Source: Bacteroidia bacterium (GTDB lineage Bacteria > Bacteroidota > Bacteroidia > NS11-12g > UBA9320). Taken from it: a stretch of 64,000 nucleotides of DNA. A program made the position numbers and the translations under genes. Location of the stretch: positions 572,294 to 636,293 of the forward strand of contig JAGDZU010000004.1 of assembly GCA_049115575.1 (NCBI GenBank). The letters run 5' to 3'. Below, piece after piece: positions 10,126 through 18,951 of this stretch. The notes beneath the pieces were generated by a model, which searched no databases, was not told the origin of the DNA, and was given only the letters and a program-made list of their open reading frames with translations. Position 1 is the first letter of the stretch. Every line of letters starts with the position of its first letter.

Positions 10126-10150
10126 AAAAGGGAGCTTCGGCTCCTTTTTA
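10125..10150. terminator. Bidirectional rho-independent terminator between convergent genes
   Basis: AAAAAAG-GGAGC-TTCG-GCTCC-TTTTTA. A 5-bp GC stem with tetraloop is flanked by an A-run and a T-run, between the 10125 stop (+) and the 10148 stop (-). Confidence 0.6.
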
Positions 10151-10525
10151 CTTTAAAATCACTTTGAGCACTTCATCGTGAAGTGGTTTAGTCACGTACT
10201 TTCTTATATATGGGTGCTTATCTGCTTTTTCTAAATCAACTGGGTTAATAGAAGAACTCAGCATATAGATGCTTATAAAGTCTTTCAGTTCAGATGAAAG
10301 TTGATCATAAAGTTTTAAGAAGTCCCAACCATCTACAATTGGCATATTAATATCTAAAAGTAAATAATTTGGCCAATCATCCTCGCTTGAGTTTTTCAAA
10401 AATTCAAAAACTTCTTCTCCATCATTAAAGATTTTTATTTCATCTGCCAATTGGAGTTTTTCAATCTTCACCTTGGTTGTGAACTGAAAAATATGATCGT
10501 CATCTACAATGGCTATTTTTTTCAT
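10148..10525 (-). CDS. Stand-alone response regulator receiver (CheY-like), no output domain
   Basis: 125 aa. Begins MKKIAIVDDDHI and has the ...LLLDINMP phosphoacceptor Asp context. Overlaps the upstream histidine kinase stop by 4 bp. Confidence 0.8.
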   Translation of the reverse strand: MKKIAIVDDDHIFQFTTKVKIEKLQLADEIKIFNDGEEVFEFLKNSSEDDWPNYLLLDINMPIVDGWDFLKLYDQLSSELKDFISIYMLSSSINPVDLEKADKHPYIRKYVTKPLHDEVLKVILK

Positions 10526-12591
10526 TTCTCTTTATTCAAAATTTCGCTGGGTAGACTAATAGTAAATTCTGTGCCCTCATCTACTTTACTCTTCACAGAT
10601 ATTTCACCGCCAAGGGCTTCAACTTGTGCCTTAGTTATAAATAAACCAACTCCTCGAGAATCTGTATGTCTATGGAAAGTCTTTCTCAAACCAAATATCT
10701 TACTTCCATACTTTTCTAGATCTATACCTAGACCATTGTCTTTAACCCTAATATGTAATTGATTGCCCTCTTGAAAAGCAGTAATACTTATTTCAGGTGA
10801 TCTTTCAGGATCGGAATACTTAAGCGCATTGGAAACAAGGTTGAGAAATATGCTTTCTATATATGATTTTGCAGCATATATCACTTTGTTTGACCCAAAG
10901 TCTATGTTGAATTTTGCATTTGTTGAATTGATTTTCTGACTTAAACTCTCTAATGTCTTCTCAACAACTTTGTTCAACAGTATTTTGCTTGTGTCTTTGC
11001 TAATTTCATTCTTGATTTTGACCACATCCGCCAAATCATTAATAGTTTCCATCAAGTCATCTGCAACTACATCCAATTTTTCTAAAAGGATTTCAAGGTT
11101 AGCCTCTGTCCTATCTGAATAATAGAAGTCCAATAATGCTTTTATATTTCCTGCTGGTGATCTTAAATTATGAGAGGCGATGTATGCAAATTCTTGAAGC
11201 TGCTTTGTTTGATTTCCTAATTTGTAGTTCAAACTTATTAATTCCTTATTGGAGTCCTGTAATTTTTGCTTTTCTTGATTGAGCAATTCTTCCGCCTTCT
11301 TTCTAACTGTTATATCTACAACACTTGTTCTAACTATTGTTCTGTCTGGATAAGGCATTTTAACCAAGCGTACTTCACAGTATAGAAGCTCGCCATCTTT
11401 TCTTTTAACTATCCATTCATAAACCACGGATTCTCCATTAACCGCCCTATTCATATATTCTTGTGATAGCTGTAGGCTGTTAACTCCTTCTTCTTGCTCT
11501 TTCGGGCTGAGCTCACCTAGTTCCAAGCCTAGCAATTCAGCTCTACTATAACCAAAGAGTTCTATGGCGCTTGGGTTTGCTTCTATGTATCTCTTATTGT
11601 CGTAATCCAATAGCAAAAGGGCCTCGGTAGCATGTTCAACAACAGTTCTAAACCTCAGTTCACTTTCTTCTAGTTCTTTCTTCTTAATCTGGATATCCGT
11701 GACATCCTGAAATGTAATAACCGCCTCTGTGAAATTATTATTCGTGTCATACAGTCCACTCACAAAACAGATGGTACTTTTCAATCGATCTTGTTCAGTT
11801 TTGAGCCTTAAGTCAATGTCAAAGAATTCATAATTTCTTGTGCTAAGACCATTTAATAAATCAAGTAAATCTCGTCTATCAGCCTCAGATAAATATGCCT
11901 TTAGGTCATATCCTGAAGAATGGCTTCCATCTACCAAGCCTTCAAATGCTTTGTTCTTATTTAATATGTTCAGCTGCTTGTCTACCACAATAATTCCGCT
12001 GTAATTGCTTTCAAAAATGGACCTATAACGCAGCTCGCTTTTAGTCAGCTTCTGTTCGGTTTCAACTTTGTTCGTTACATCTGTGGAAACAATCAGCACC
12101 TCCGTCACCTCCTTTTCTTGGTTAAAAACTGGAGTTTTCATGGTCTGAAACCAATATAAGTTCCCGAATTTGTCTGTAAATGGTTCTAGTGGAACAAATT
12201 TCTTTTGTTTGGTTTCGAATAAGACATCGTCTGTGTCTTTAACCTGTTCTGGATTTAAGAATATTTCCAGCTCAATATCTGTTTTACCAATAATTTCATG
12301 TGGCTCCAGGCCAGCAAAATCTGCAAATGCTCTATTAACTACAGTATATCTACCATCTACGTCTCTGCCATAGATGAGATGAGGAATATAGTTTATGATG
12401 TTGGCATAGTATGATTCTCCACGGATTTCTTCCACGGTGGACAGTACATCTTTCATTTCCCTAAAAGAATCTGTCCTCGATCGGCCAAATATTCGGCTTA
12501 AAGAGAACCTCTTGTTCCGATGCTGTGCATCTGAATTAATGGAATACATTGAGTAGCAGTTGTACACAAATATAGGCCTGGACACTAGCAT
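10522..12591 (-). CDS. Multi-PAS sensor histidine kinase (HisKA + HATPase_c)
   Basis: Three PAS/PAC-like modules, an H-box (ASHNLRSPAGNIKAL), and the N, G1, G2 boxes (NALKYS, DNGLGID, GVGLF). The true start may be the internal MYSIN or MKDVL because the annotated ATG is only 14 bp from the divergent ORF. Confidence 0.8.
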   Translation of the reverse strand: MLVSRPIFVYNCYSMYSINSDAQHRNKRFSLSRIFGRSRTDSFREMKDVLSTVEEIRGESYYANIINYIPHLIYGRDVDGRYTVVNRAFADFAGLEPHEIIGKTDIELEIFLNPEQVKDTDDVLFETKQKKFVPLEPFTDKFGNLYWFQTMKTPVFNQEKEVTEVLIVSTDVTNKVETEQKLTKSELRYRSIFESNYSGIIVVDKQLNILNKNKAFEGLVDGSHSSGYDLKAYLSEADRRDLLDLLNGLSTRNYEFFDIDLRLKTEQDRLKSTICFVSGLYDTNNNFTEAVITFQDVTDIQIKKKELEESELRFRTVVEHATEALLLLDYDNKRYIEANPSAIELFGYSRAELLGLELGELSPKEQEEGVNSLQLSQEYMNRAVNGESVVYEWIVKRKDGELLYCEVRLVKMPYPDRTIVRTSVVDITVRKKAEELLNQEKQKLQDSNKELISLNYKLGNQTKQLQEFAYIASHNLRSPAGNIKALLDFYYSDRTEANLEILLEKLDVVADDLMETINDLADVVKIKNEISKDTSKILLNKVVEKTLESLSQKINSTNAKFNIDFGSNKVIYAAKSYIESIFLNLVSNALKYSDPERSPEISITAFQEGNQLHIRVKDNGLGIDLEKYGSKIFGLRKTFHRHTDSRGVGLFITKAQVEALGGEISVKSKVDEGTEFTISLPSEILNKEK

Positions 12592-12707
12592 TTATAGACT
12601 TTCGATTGTTCTTTTTTAGACCTAAACTTGCACACTGTAAAGAAATAAGGGCATTGGAACGAGCTACTTTGAACAAAACTGACATCAAATTAAAAGCATT
12701 CAAACAT

Positions 12708-14714
12708 ATGTCTTTAGCCAGAGCGATGGCTGAGATATATGATGAAAACAGGCAAATCACATCATATGTGCACTCTACCTCTAAAGGGCATGAAGCTGCG
12801 CAACTAGCCATGGCTTATCACTTGCGTCCTGAAGATTGGGTAGCGCCATATTACCGAGATGAATCCATGTTACTTGGAATGGGTGTGGAACCCTACCAAT
12901 TAATGCTTCAACTGTTGGCAAAAAAAGATGATCCTTTTAGCATGGGCAGGAGTTACTACTCCCACCCATCTCTTTTAGATGAGGACAAACCCAAGATGGC
13001 CCACCAAAGTAGCGCAACAGGCATGCAAGCCATCCCTACCACAGGAATTGCTCAAGGTATACAATACTTGAGAAAACAAGAGCTCTTATCTTACGAACAA
13101 GACCCAATAGTGGTTTGTTCCATTGGAGATGGCTCAATGACAGAGGGTGAAGTTTCTGAGGCACTTCAAATGGCTGTCCTCCACCAATTACCCATCATCT
13201 ATTTTGTGCAAGACAATGATTGGGGTATTTCAGCTAGTGGTGATGAAATGAGAGCCATGGACGCATATGAATTCGGTGCTGGTTTTAAAGGGCTAAAAAG
13301 AATAAGAATTAATGGCAGTCATTTTGAGGAGTGCCATACTGATATAGGTAAAGCATTGAAATGGGTTCGCAAACACAGAAAACCTATGCTAATTCACTGC
13401 AAAGTGCCTCTATTAGGCCATCACACTTCGGGCGTTAGACGTGAATGGTATAGAGATGATTTAGATGAACATTTACTAGATGACCCATATCCATTTTTAA
13501 AACAAGCATTATTGGATGTAGGAGTTGAGCAAGATGTACTTGACCAAATTGAACAGGAATCCATCGCTCAAATAAAAGAAGACTTTCAAAGAGCTGTAGA
13601 TTCCGATGACCCGGATGAAAATAGTTTGAAAGATCATATACTAGCTCCAACTTCCATTGTTCAAGAGCTAGGTGAGCGCCATCCTGAGGGGGCAGAAAAA
13701 GTTATAATGGTTGATGCCGCATTACATGCCATGGATGAGATACTTGCAAAACATCCTGAAGCCATACTATATGGACAAGATGTAGGCATTAGATTAGGTG
13801 GGGTTTTTAGAGAAGCAGCTACTCTAGCAGAAAAACACGGAAAGCACAGAGTATTTAATACACCTATACAAGAAGCTTATATCGTTGGTTCAACAGCAGG
13901 AATGAGTGCAGTTGGCTGCAAACCTATAGTTGAAATACAATTTGCAGATTACATATGGCCTGGTGTGAACCAATTAATCACAGAGCTTTCCAAAAGCAGT
14001 TATCTATCAGCTGGTAAATTCCCAGTACAGTCAGTAATACGAATTCCAACTGGAGCTTATGGAGGGGGCGGACCTTATCATTCTGGTACTGTGGAGTCCT
14101 CTATACTACCAATTAAAGGAATCAAGATTGTTTACCCCAGTAATGCTGCGGACATGAAAGGTCTAATGAAAGCGGCATTCTATGACCCCAATCCAGTTGT
14201 TATGTTTGAGCATAAAGGAATCTACTGGAGCAAAGTGCCCGGTACTGAAGGTGCCAAATCAATAGAACCAGATGAGGAGTACATTATCCCTCTTGGAAAG
14301 GCAAGAGTACACCAAGAAGCTGATAGTGAACGACTAGAATACGGTGAGACTATGGCTGTTATTACCTATGGCATGGGAGTTTGGTGGGCAGAAGCCGCAT
14401 CTAAAGATTACCCTGGACAAGTTGAAATTATTGATTTAAGAACTTTAAGTCCATGTGATAATCAGGCTATTTATGAGGCAACGGAGAGGCATGGTAAAGT
14501 TATGATATTAACAGAGGAAACAATTACCAATTCATTTGCTCAAGCCATAGCGGGCAGAATTCAACAACGCTGTTTTCAATACCTAGACGCCCCGGTATCA
14601 ATTATGGGTTCAGAGGATGTTCCCGCTGTTCCTCTAAACAAAGAAATGGAACAAGTAATGTTACCTACTGTTTCTAAAGTGAGTCTTAAAATGGCAGAAT
14701 TGCTTGATTATTAG
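12708..14714 (+). CDS. 2-oxoacid (branched-chain alpha-keto acid type) dehydrogenase E1 component, fused alpha+beta subunits, TPP-dependent
   Basis: The N-terminal half has E1-alpha TPP motifs (GDGSMTEGEVSEAL, YRDDLDEH). The C-terminal half has the transketolase-like pyrimidine-binding and C-terminal domains of E1-beta. I set the start at MSLARAMAEIY (12708) rather than the ORF-track 12606. Confidence 0.75.
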   Translation: MSLARAMAEIYDENRQITSYVHSTSKGHEAAQLAMAYHLRPEDWVAPYYRDESMLLGMGVEPYQLMLQLLAKKDDPFSMGRSYYSHPSLLDEDKPKMAHQSSATGMQAIPTTGIAQGIQYLRKQELLSYEQDPIVVCSIGDGSMTEGEVSEALQMAVLHQLPIIYFVQDNDWGISASGDEMRAMDAYEFGAGFKGLKRIRINGSHFEECHTDIGKALKWVRKHRKPMLIHCKVPLLGHHTSGVRREWYRDDLDEHLLDDPYPFLKQALLDVGVEQDVLDQIEQESIAQIKEDFQRAVDSDDPDENSLKDHILAPTSIVQELGERHPEGAEKVIMVDAALHAMDEILAKHPEAILYGQDVGIRLGGVFREAATLAEKHGKHRVFNTPIQEAYIVGSTAGMSAVGCKPIVEIQFADYIWPGVNQLITELSKSSYLSAGKFPVQSVIRIPTGAYGGGGPYHSGTVESSILPIKGIKIVYPSNAADMKGLMKAAFYDPNPVVMFEHKGIYWSKVPGTEGAKSIEPDEEYIIPLGKARVHQEADSERLEYGETMAVITYGMGVWWAEAASKDYPGQVEIIDLRTLSPCDNQAIYEATERHGKVMILTEETITNSFAQAIAGRIQQRCFQYLDAPVSIMGSEDVPAVPLNKEMEQVMLPTVSKVSLKMAELLDY

Positions 14715-14725
14715 CCCTCAGCAAA

Positions 14726-15496
14726 ATGAAGAAGATAGTTAGCTATAATGTAAATGGAATAAGGGCAGCTTTAAAAAAAGGTTTAGGAGATTACTTATCA
14801 GAAGAAGACGCTGATATTATCTGTTATCAAGAATTAAAGGCAAATGAAGACCAGATTCCAGAAGATGCGTTTGATGGATTGAATTACCACAAATACTATT
14901 ATTCAGCTCAAAAAAAGGGCTATAGTGGGGTTGGAATATTCAGTAAAGAAGAACCTATTCATGTAGAGTACGGTTGCGGACATGAACTTTTTGATTTTGA
15001 AGGAAGAGTTCTAAGATTAGATTTTAATGATTATTCAGTGTTGAGCATATATTTCCCATCGGGAAGCAGTGGTGATCACAGACAAGAAATCAAATATGAA
15101 TTCCTAGACTTCTTTTATAACTACATCAACTCTTTGAGAAAAGAGATTCCAAATTTGATCATTTGCGGTGATTACAACATATGCCATAGAGCCATTGATA
15201 TACACGCACCTAAAAGGAACGAGAAATCATCTGGCTTTTTACCGGAGGAAAGAGCATGGATGGATAAATGGTTTGCTTCAGACTTGATTGACACCTTTAG
15301 AGCCATTAATGGCGACTTGACGGATCAATACACTTGGTGGAGTTATAGAGCCAATGCCAGAGCTAATAATAAAGGATGGAGAATTGATTATATCAGTATA
15401 ACCAGTAATTTGAGTGAAAAATTAATCGGTGCTGAAATCAGGCCTAAGGCTATGCAATCAGACCATTGTCCATCATATGTTGTGATGGATCTTTAG
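14726..15496 (+). CDS. xth: Exodeoxyribonuclease III (AP endonuclease)
   Basis: 256 aa. MKKIVSYNVNGIRAA, CYQELK, and the ...WSYR / DHCP C-terminal catalytic motifs. Confidence 0.9.
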   Translation: MKKIVSYNVNGIRAALKKGLGDYLSEEDADIICYQELKANEDQIPEDAFDGLNYHKYYYSAQKKGYSGVGIFSKEEPIHVEYGCGHELFDFEGRVLRLDFNDYSVLSIYFPSGSSGDHRQEIKYEFLDFFYNYINSLRKEIPNLIICGDYNICHRAIDIHAPKRNEKSSGFLPEERAWMDKWFASDLIDTFRAINGDLTDQYTWWSYRANARANNKGWRIDYISITSNLSEKLIGAEIRPKAMQSDHCPSYVVMDL

Positions 15497-16518
15497 AACT
15501 GGAAGCTCAAGTTGGCTTCAAATGATGGAATCATTCCCTGATCTTCATAAGCGCCAGAAGCAATGATAAGGTAGCCTTTGTCAGTTTTCTTAACCGGATA
15601 TTCAGCGTTTGGGTTGTAAGCGGCATCTTGGTGAAAAAACGCAGTTCCTTCAATTCTAATACTAGATCCAATCTGATAACTCAGAGAACCCATATATCCT
15701 AAAGAGCCATTTTCATATATCCCCAATCCTATGGTGAATTTCTTATTGAATTCTAGAAAATTTTGAAAGCTTATGTAATCTACTCCATTGGCGGTGGGAT
15801 TAACCACATGAAGACTGTGTATTAACTTAGTATTCTTGCTAGGCTCCCATTTGTAAATAGCGAGCATAGTGGCTTGAATGCTGTATTTCAGAAAATCTTC
15901 TTCACCCCAGGTAATAGAAGTATCTTTCTTTACAACGCGATTTGTACTGTCTACAAACTGCCATCTCTGAACCGGAAAAGGTACACCGAGAGGTCTGTTT
16001 AGCTTGTGAAGAGACAAGCCAAGTTCTAATCCTTGGTTGCTATAGCCAAATCCTAAACCAATATCTATTCCATTAGAAATGGAATCTGTGAATTCATAAT
16101 GTGTTGGAGTATACACTCTATTAAACTGATCGGATTTGATTTGATCTTTATATGAACCTACCTCAAGCCCTAATGACAAAAAGCTCCCTTCTTCCATTTT
16201 AAAATTATAGGAAGTGTATAGCTTATACATATCTAGTTTGTTCAATCTATTCTCAACCGTGCTGCCGTGAAATCCAATTCTCCAATATTCCGTCGCCTTG
16301 AATTCTGCTATTGCCAGATATGAATTAAAATTAGACTCTTCAGATAGAGGATTTAGTAATAAAGATGTACTAACATAGCCCGTTTCAAAGTCCATATTTT
16401 GAAGAGCAGGGTTGGCAAAAGCCATACTTTTATTATTGTTAATCAAATTGCTTTGAGCATAACTATTTGGTGCTGCAATCACCAGTAGAACTAAAGAAAT
16501 AATCTTTAATAGTTTCAT
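15493..16518 (-). CDS. Outer-membrane beta-barrel protein, PorP/SprF-like (putative T9SS-associated)
   Basis: Signal peptide followed by MAFANPAL, which resembles the PorP/SprF N-terminal FNPAYAG motif. About 340 aa, ends in aromatic F, with alternating beta-strand pattern. Confidence 0.45.
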   Translation of the reverse strand: MKLLKIISLVLLVIAAPNSYAQSNLINNNKSMAFANPALQNMDFETGYVSTSLLLNPLSEESNFNSYLAIAEFKATEYWRIGFHGSTVENRLNKLDMYKLYTSYNFKMEEGSFLSLGLEVGSYKDQIKSDQFNRVYTPTHYEFTDSISNGIDIGLGFGYSNQGLELGLSLHKLNRPLGVPFPVQRWQFVDSTNRVVKKDTSITWGEEDFLKYSIQATMLAIYKWEPSKNTKLIHSLHVVNPTANGVDYISFQNFLEFNKKFTIGLGIYENGSLGYMGSLSYQIGSSIRIEGTAFFHQDAAYNPNAEYPVKKTDKGYLIIASGAYEDQGMIPSFEANLSFQF

Positions 16519-16520
16519 GT

Positions 16521-17474
16521 TTAGTTGTTCTTTAAGGAGCCAAGGTTCTCTAGCATATTGCTAACTAAGGCTTCAATATTGTATTTAGGAGACCAATTCC
16601 AGTCTTCTCTTGCTTGTTGATCGTCAATACTTTGCGGCCAACTTTCTGCTATTTTCTGTCGGTGATCAATTTTATAACTAATCTCGAAATCTGGTAAATG
16701 CTTTCTTATTTCAGTAGACAATTCTGCCGGATTAAAACTACAGCCTGAAATATTGTAGCTGCTTCTTATTTTAATCTGATCCTCTTGCGCATTAGTCACC
16801 TCAATCGTTGCTCTAACCGCATCTTCCATATGCATCATAGGTAGGCTTGTGTCTTCTTTCAGAAAGCATTCATAACTCCCATCCTGTAATGCACGATGGA
16901 ATATATCAACGGCATAATCAGTTGTGCCTCCTCCAGGCATAGATTTCCAGCCTATCAAACCTGGATATCTAATGGATCTAACATCTAGTCCGTAGCGATT
17001 GTGGTAGTATTCACAATATCGTTCTCCAGCCAATTTACTTATTCCATAAATAGTATTTGGTTCAAGTATGGTTGTTTGAGGCGTATTTTGTTTTGGACTA
17101 GTTGGACCAAAAACAGCAATTGAGCTTGGCCAAAAAACTCGCTTAACCCCATATTCCAGACAAGCATCAAAAATGTTGAACATTCCATTCATGTTCAAAT
17201 CCCATCCCAACTTAGGGTTTGCTTCTGCAGTAGCAGAAAGTAAAGCAGCGAGATGATAAACTATGGTCGGCTGGTACTTTGCAAATACTTCAGCTATTTT
17301 GTCTTTGTCTAAAACATCCATGATTTCAAAGCTTGAAGCCTCAAAGATTGGATTGTCAGACCTGCGTATATCGCTGGCAATTACCTGATTAGGACCATAC
17401 ATTTTCTGTAGGTTTTCTACTAGTTCAGTTCCAACCTGCCCACAAGATCCTATAACGAGTACTTTGTCGCTCAT
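16521..17474 (-). CDS. NAD-dependent epimerase/dehydratase family protein (GalE-like; possibly L-threonine 3-dehydrogenase type)
   Basis: VLVIGSCGQVGTELV Rossmann motif and a YGISK catalytic Tyr-x3-Lys. Start chosen at MSDKV. The ORF-track start at 17516 would overlap the next gene. Confidence 0.7.
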   Translation of the reverse strand: MSDKVLVIGSCGQVGTELVENLQKMYGPNQVIASDIRRSDNPIFEASSFEIMDVLDKDKIAEVFAKYQPTIVYHLAALLSATAEANPKLGWDLNMNGMFNIFDACLEYGVKRVFWPSSIAVFGPTSPKQNTPQTTILEPNTIYGISKLAGERYCEYYHNRYGLDVRSIRYPGLIGWKSMPGGGTTDYAVDIFHRALQDGSYECFLKEDTSLPMMHMEDAVRATIEVTNAQEDQIKIRSSYNISGCSFNPAELSTEIRKHLPDFEISYKIDHRQKIAESWPQSIDDQQAREDWNWSPKYNIEALVSNMLENLGSLKNN

Positions 17475-17503
17475 AAAATGTCTGCGAAAGTAAGAAAATT
17501 GGG

Positions 17504-18124
17504 CTAATGCTCCCACTTTTTAACCCCTGCCTCAATGCGGGTGTGCAGGTAATTCTCATCCAATGGAATAGGGCAAGAATAATTATAATTATATGCACAT
17601 AATGGATTGTAACTGTAGTTGAAATCAATGATCGGATTCAAGGTGTCTGATAACTCAAAATCTAAGTATCTACCAGCACCATAACTTTCATTGCCATTGG
17701 TCTCATCTTTATATGGGCAGAACAAATATTCTGGATGGGCCACATTTTGATAAACATGCAGCAGAAAGCTATCTCCTTTCAGCTCAAAATGCATCTGTCC
17801 AAATTCAATATAATGTGGCAATCGGTCTGTATTAGTTTTCATCTCAAACTCTTTACCGTTTAACAAGCGGACAAAATTGGCATTTACTCTATACTCTTCA
17901 TTCGGAGCAAAATACTCCAAGTCTTTACTTGTTTCTAAATCTTTCTCCATCAGAACTCCGTTATTACCAGAAGTAAAATCATAGCTCATACTATCTTGAT
18001 AACGAAGAATCTTGTCTTGATAAGTGAGTGGTGTAGACTCTTCTTGTGTAGATCGTTGATCCCACTGTTTACTGCTGTTGCAAGCCGTAGCTAATAGGCC
18101 AAATAAGATAATTGCAATTCTCAT
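17504..18124 (-). CDS. DUF1684 family lipoprotein
   Basis: Lipobox LLATAC. The C-terminal ...GNESYGAGRYLDFEL...IDFNYSYNPLCAYNYNYSCPIP matches conserved DUF1684 blocks. Confidence 0.6.
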   Translation of the reverse strand: MRIAIILFGLLATACNSSKQWDQRSTQEESTPLTYQDKILRYQDSMSYDFTSGNNGVLMEKDLETSKDLEYFAPNEEYRVNANFVRLLNGKEFEMKTNTDRLPHYIEFGQMHFELKGDSFLLHVYQNVAHPEYLFCPYKDETNGNESYGAGRYLDFELSDTLNPIIDFNYSYNPLCAYNYNYSCPIPLDENYLHTRIEAGVKKWEH

Positions 18125-18942
18125 GGTTGAAATAAATAAGAAAATCCACCGCTGACAAAATAATTCTTTCCAAAACCACCATCTCCATTAAATGTTCCAA
18201 CACTTAAGTCCAACTGAAATTTATCGTTGACCAAATAAGTAAAACCTCCATTAAATCTATTATCTCTTTCTCCAAAAGCATGGCTGGTATTCTTATAACC
18301 ATAGGGCTCAAAATAGGCTCCTAATTGATCTGTGATAGAATAGGCCAAAGATAAAGTGTAGCTCGCCTCTGGCTCAGGATTATCTCCATCCCAAGACATA
18401 CCAAATTGTGCAGATACAGAAAACTTATCAGAGACTGCTATAGAAAATGGAAGAAGAAATTCAAGAGCTGCATTTTTAGGTCTTATAGACCTACTTGCTA
18501 TAAAAGGCAAATAAACATGAGCTAAGAAACCAATGGTCACTATGTCTCCTTGATGAAGGTTCTGCTTGATTCCAACAAAAACTGGAGATAAACTTGAATA
18601 GCTAGAATCCTCATCTATAAGGATCTCTGGACAAAATGTTATACCGTCATCCCAATTCTGAAGATGTGTATTTATGTGATTATAAGACCAATTTAGTCTT
18701 AATTCTGTACGCTCACTCACGCCATAACGGAGTAAGGTAGTATTTATGGTAACATCATTCGTAATTTCTTCAATACATGGCTGCCGCGCTGCAGTAGACT
18801 CATAAACAAATCCTGTCTCGATCTGCAAAGCACCTTTAGGTACCACATTTGGGCTTTCCGTGAAATCTGGCCTATCAGTTTCTATTTGGCCAAATGATAG
18901 AATCTGGCTTAAAACTATTCCTATTAGCAGGACTATTCTCAT
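18121..18942 (-). CDS. Outer-membrane beta-barrel transporter, MetA-pathway/phenol-degradation-like family (putative)
   Basis: Signal peptide then IETDRPDFTESPNVVPKGALQIETG, typical of that OMP family. C-terminal ...YLFQP. Overlaps the downstream gene start by 4 bp. Confidence 0.5.
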   Translation of the reverse strand: MRIVLLIGIVLSQILSFGQIETDRPDFTESPNVVPKGALQIETGFVYESTAARQPCIEEITNDVTINTTLLRYGVSERTELRLNWSYNHINTHLQNWDDGITFCPEILIDEDSSYSSLSPVFVGIKQNLHQGDIVTIGFLAHVYLPFIASRSIRPKNAALEFLLPFSIAVSDKFSVSAQFGMSWDGDNPEPEASYTLSLAYSITDQLGAYFEPYGYKNTSHAFGERDNRFNGGFTYLVNDKFQLDLSVGTFNGDGGFGKNYFVSGGFSYLFQP

Positions 18943-18951
18943 AAGACAAAT

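Noticed and set aside
12606-12707. N-terminal 34-aa extension of the E1 dehydrogenase ORF
   Set aside because: It would leave only 14 bp to the divergent histidine kinase ORF. The conserved E1 N-terminus begins at MSLARAMAEIY.
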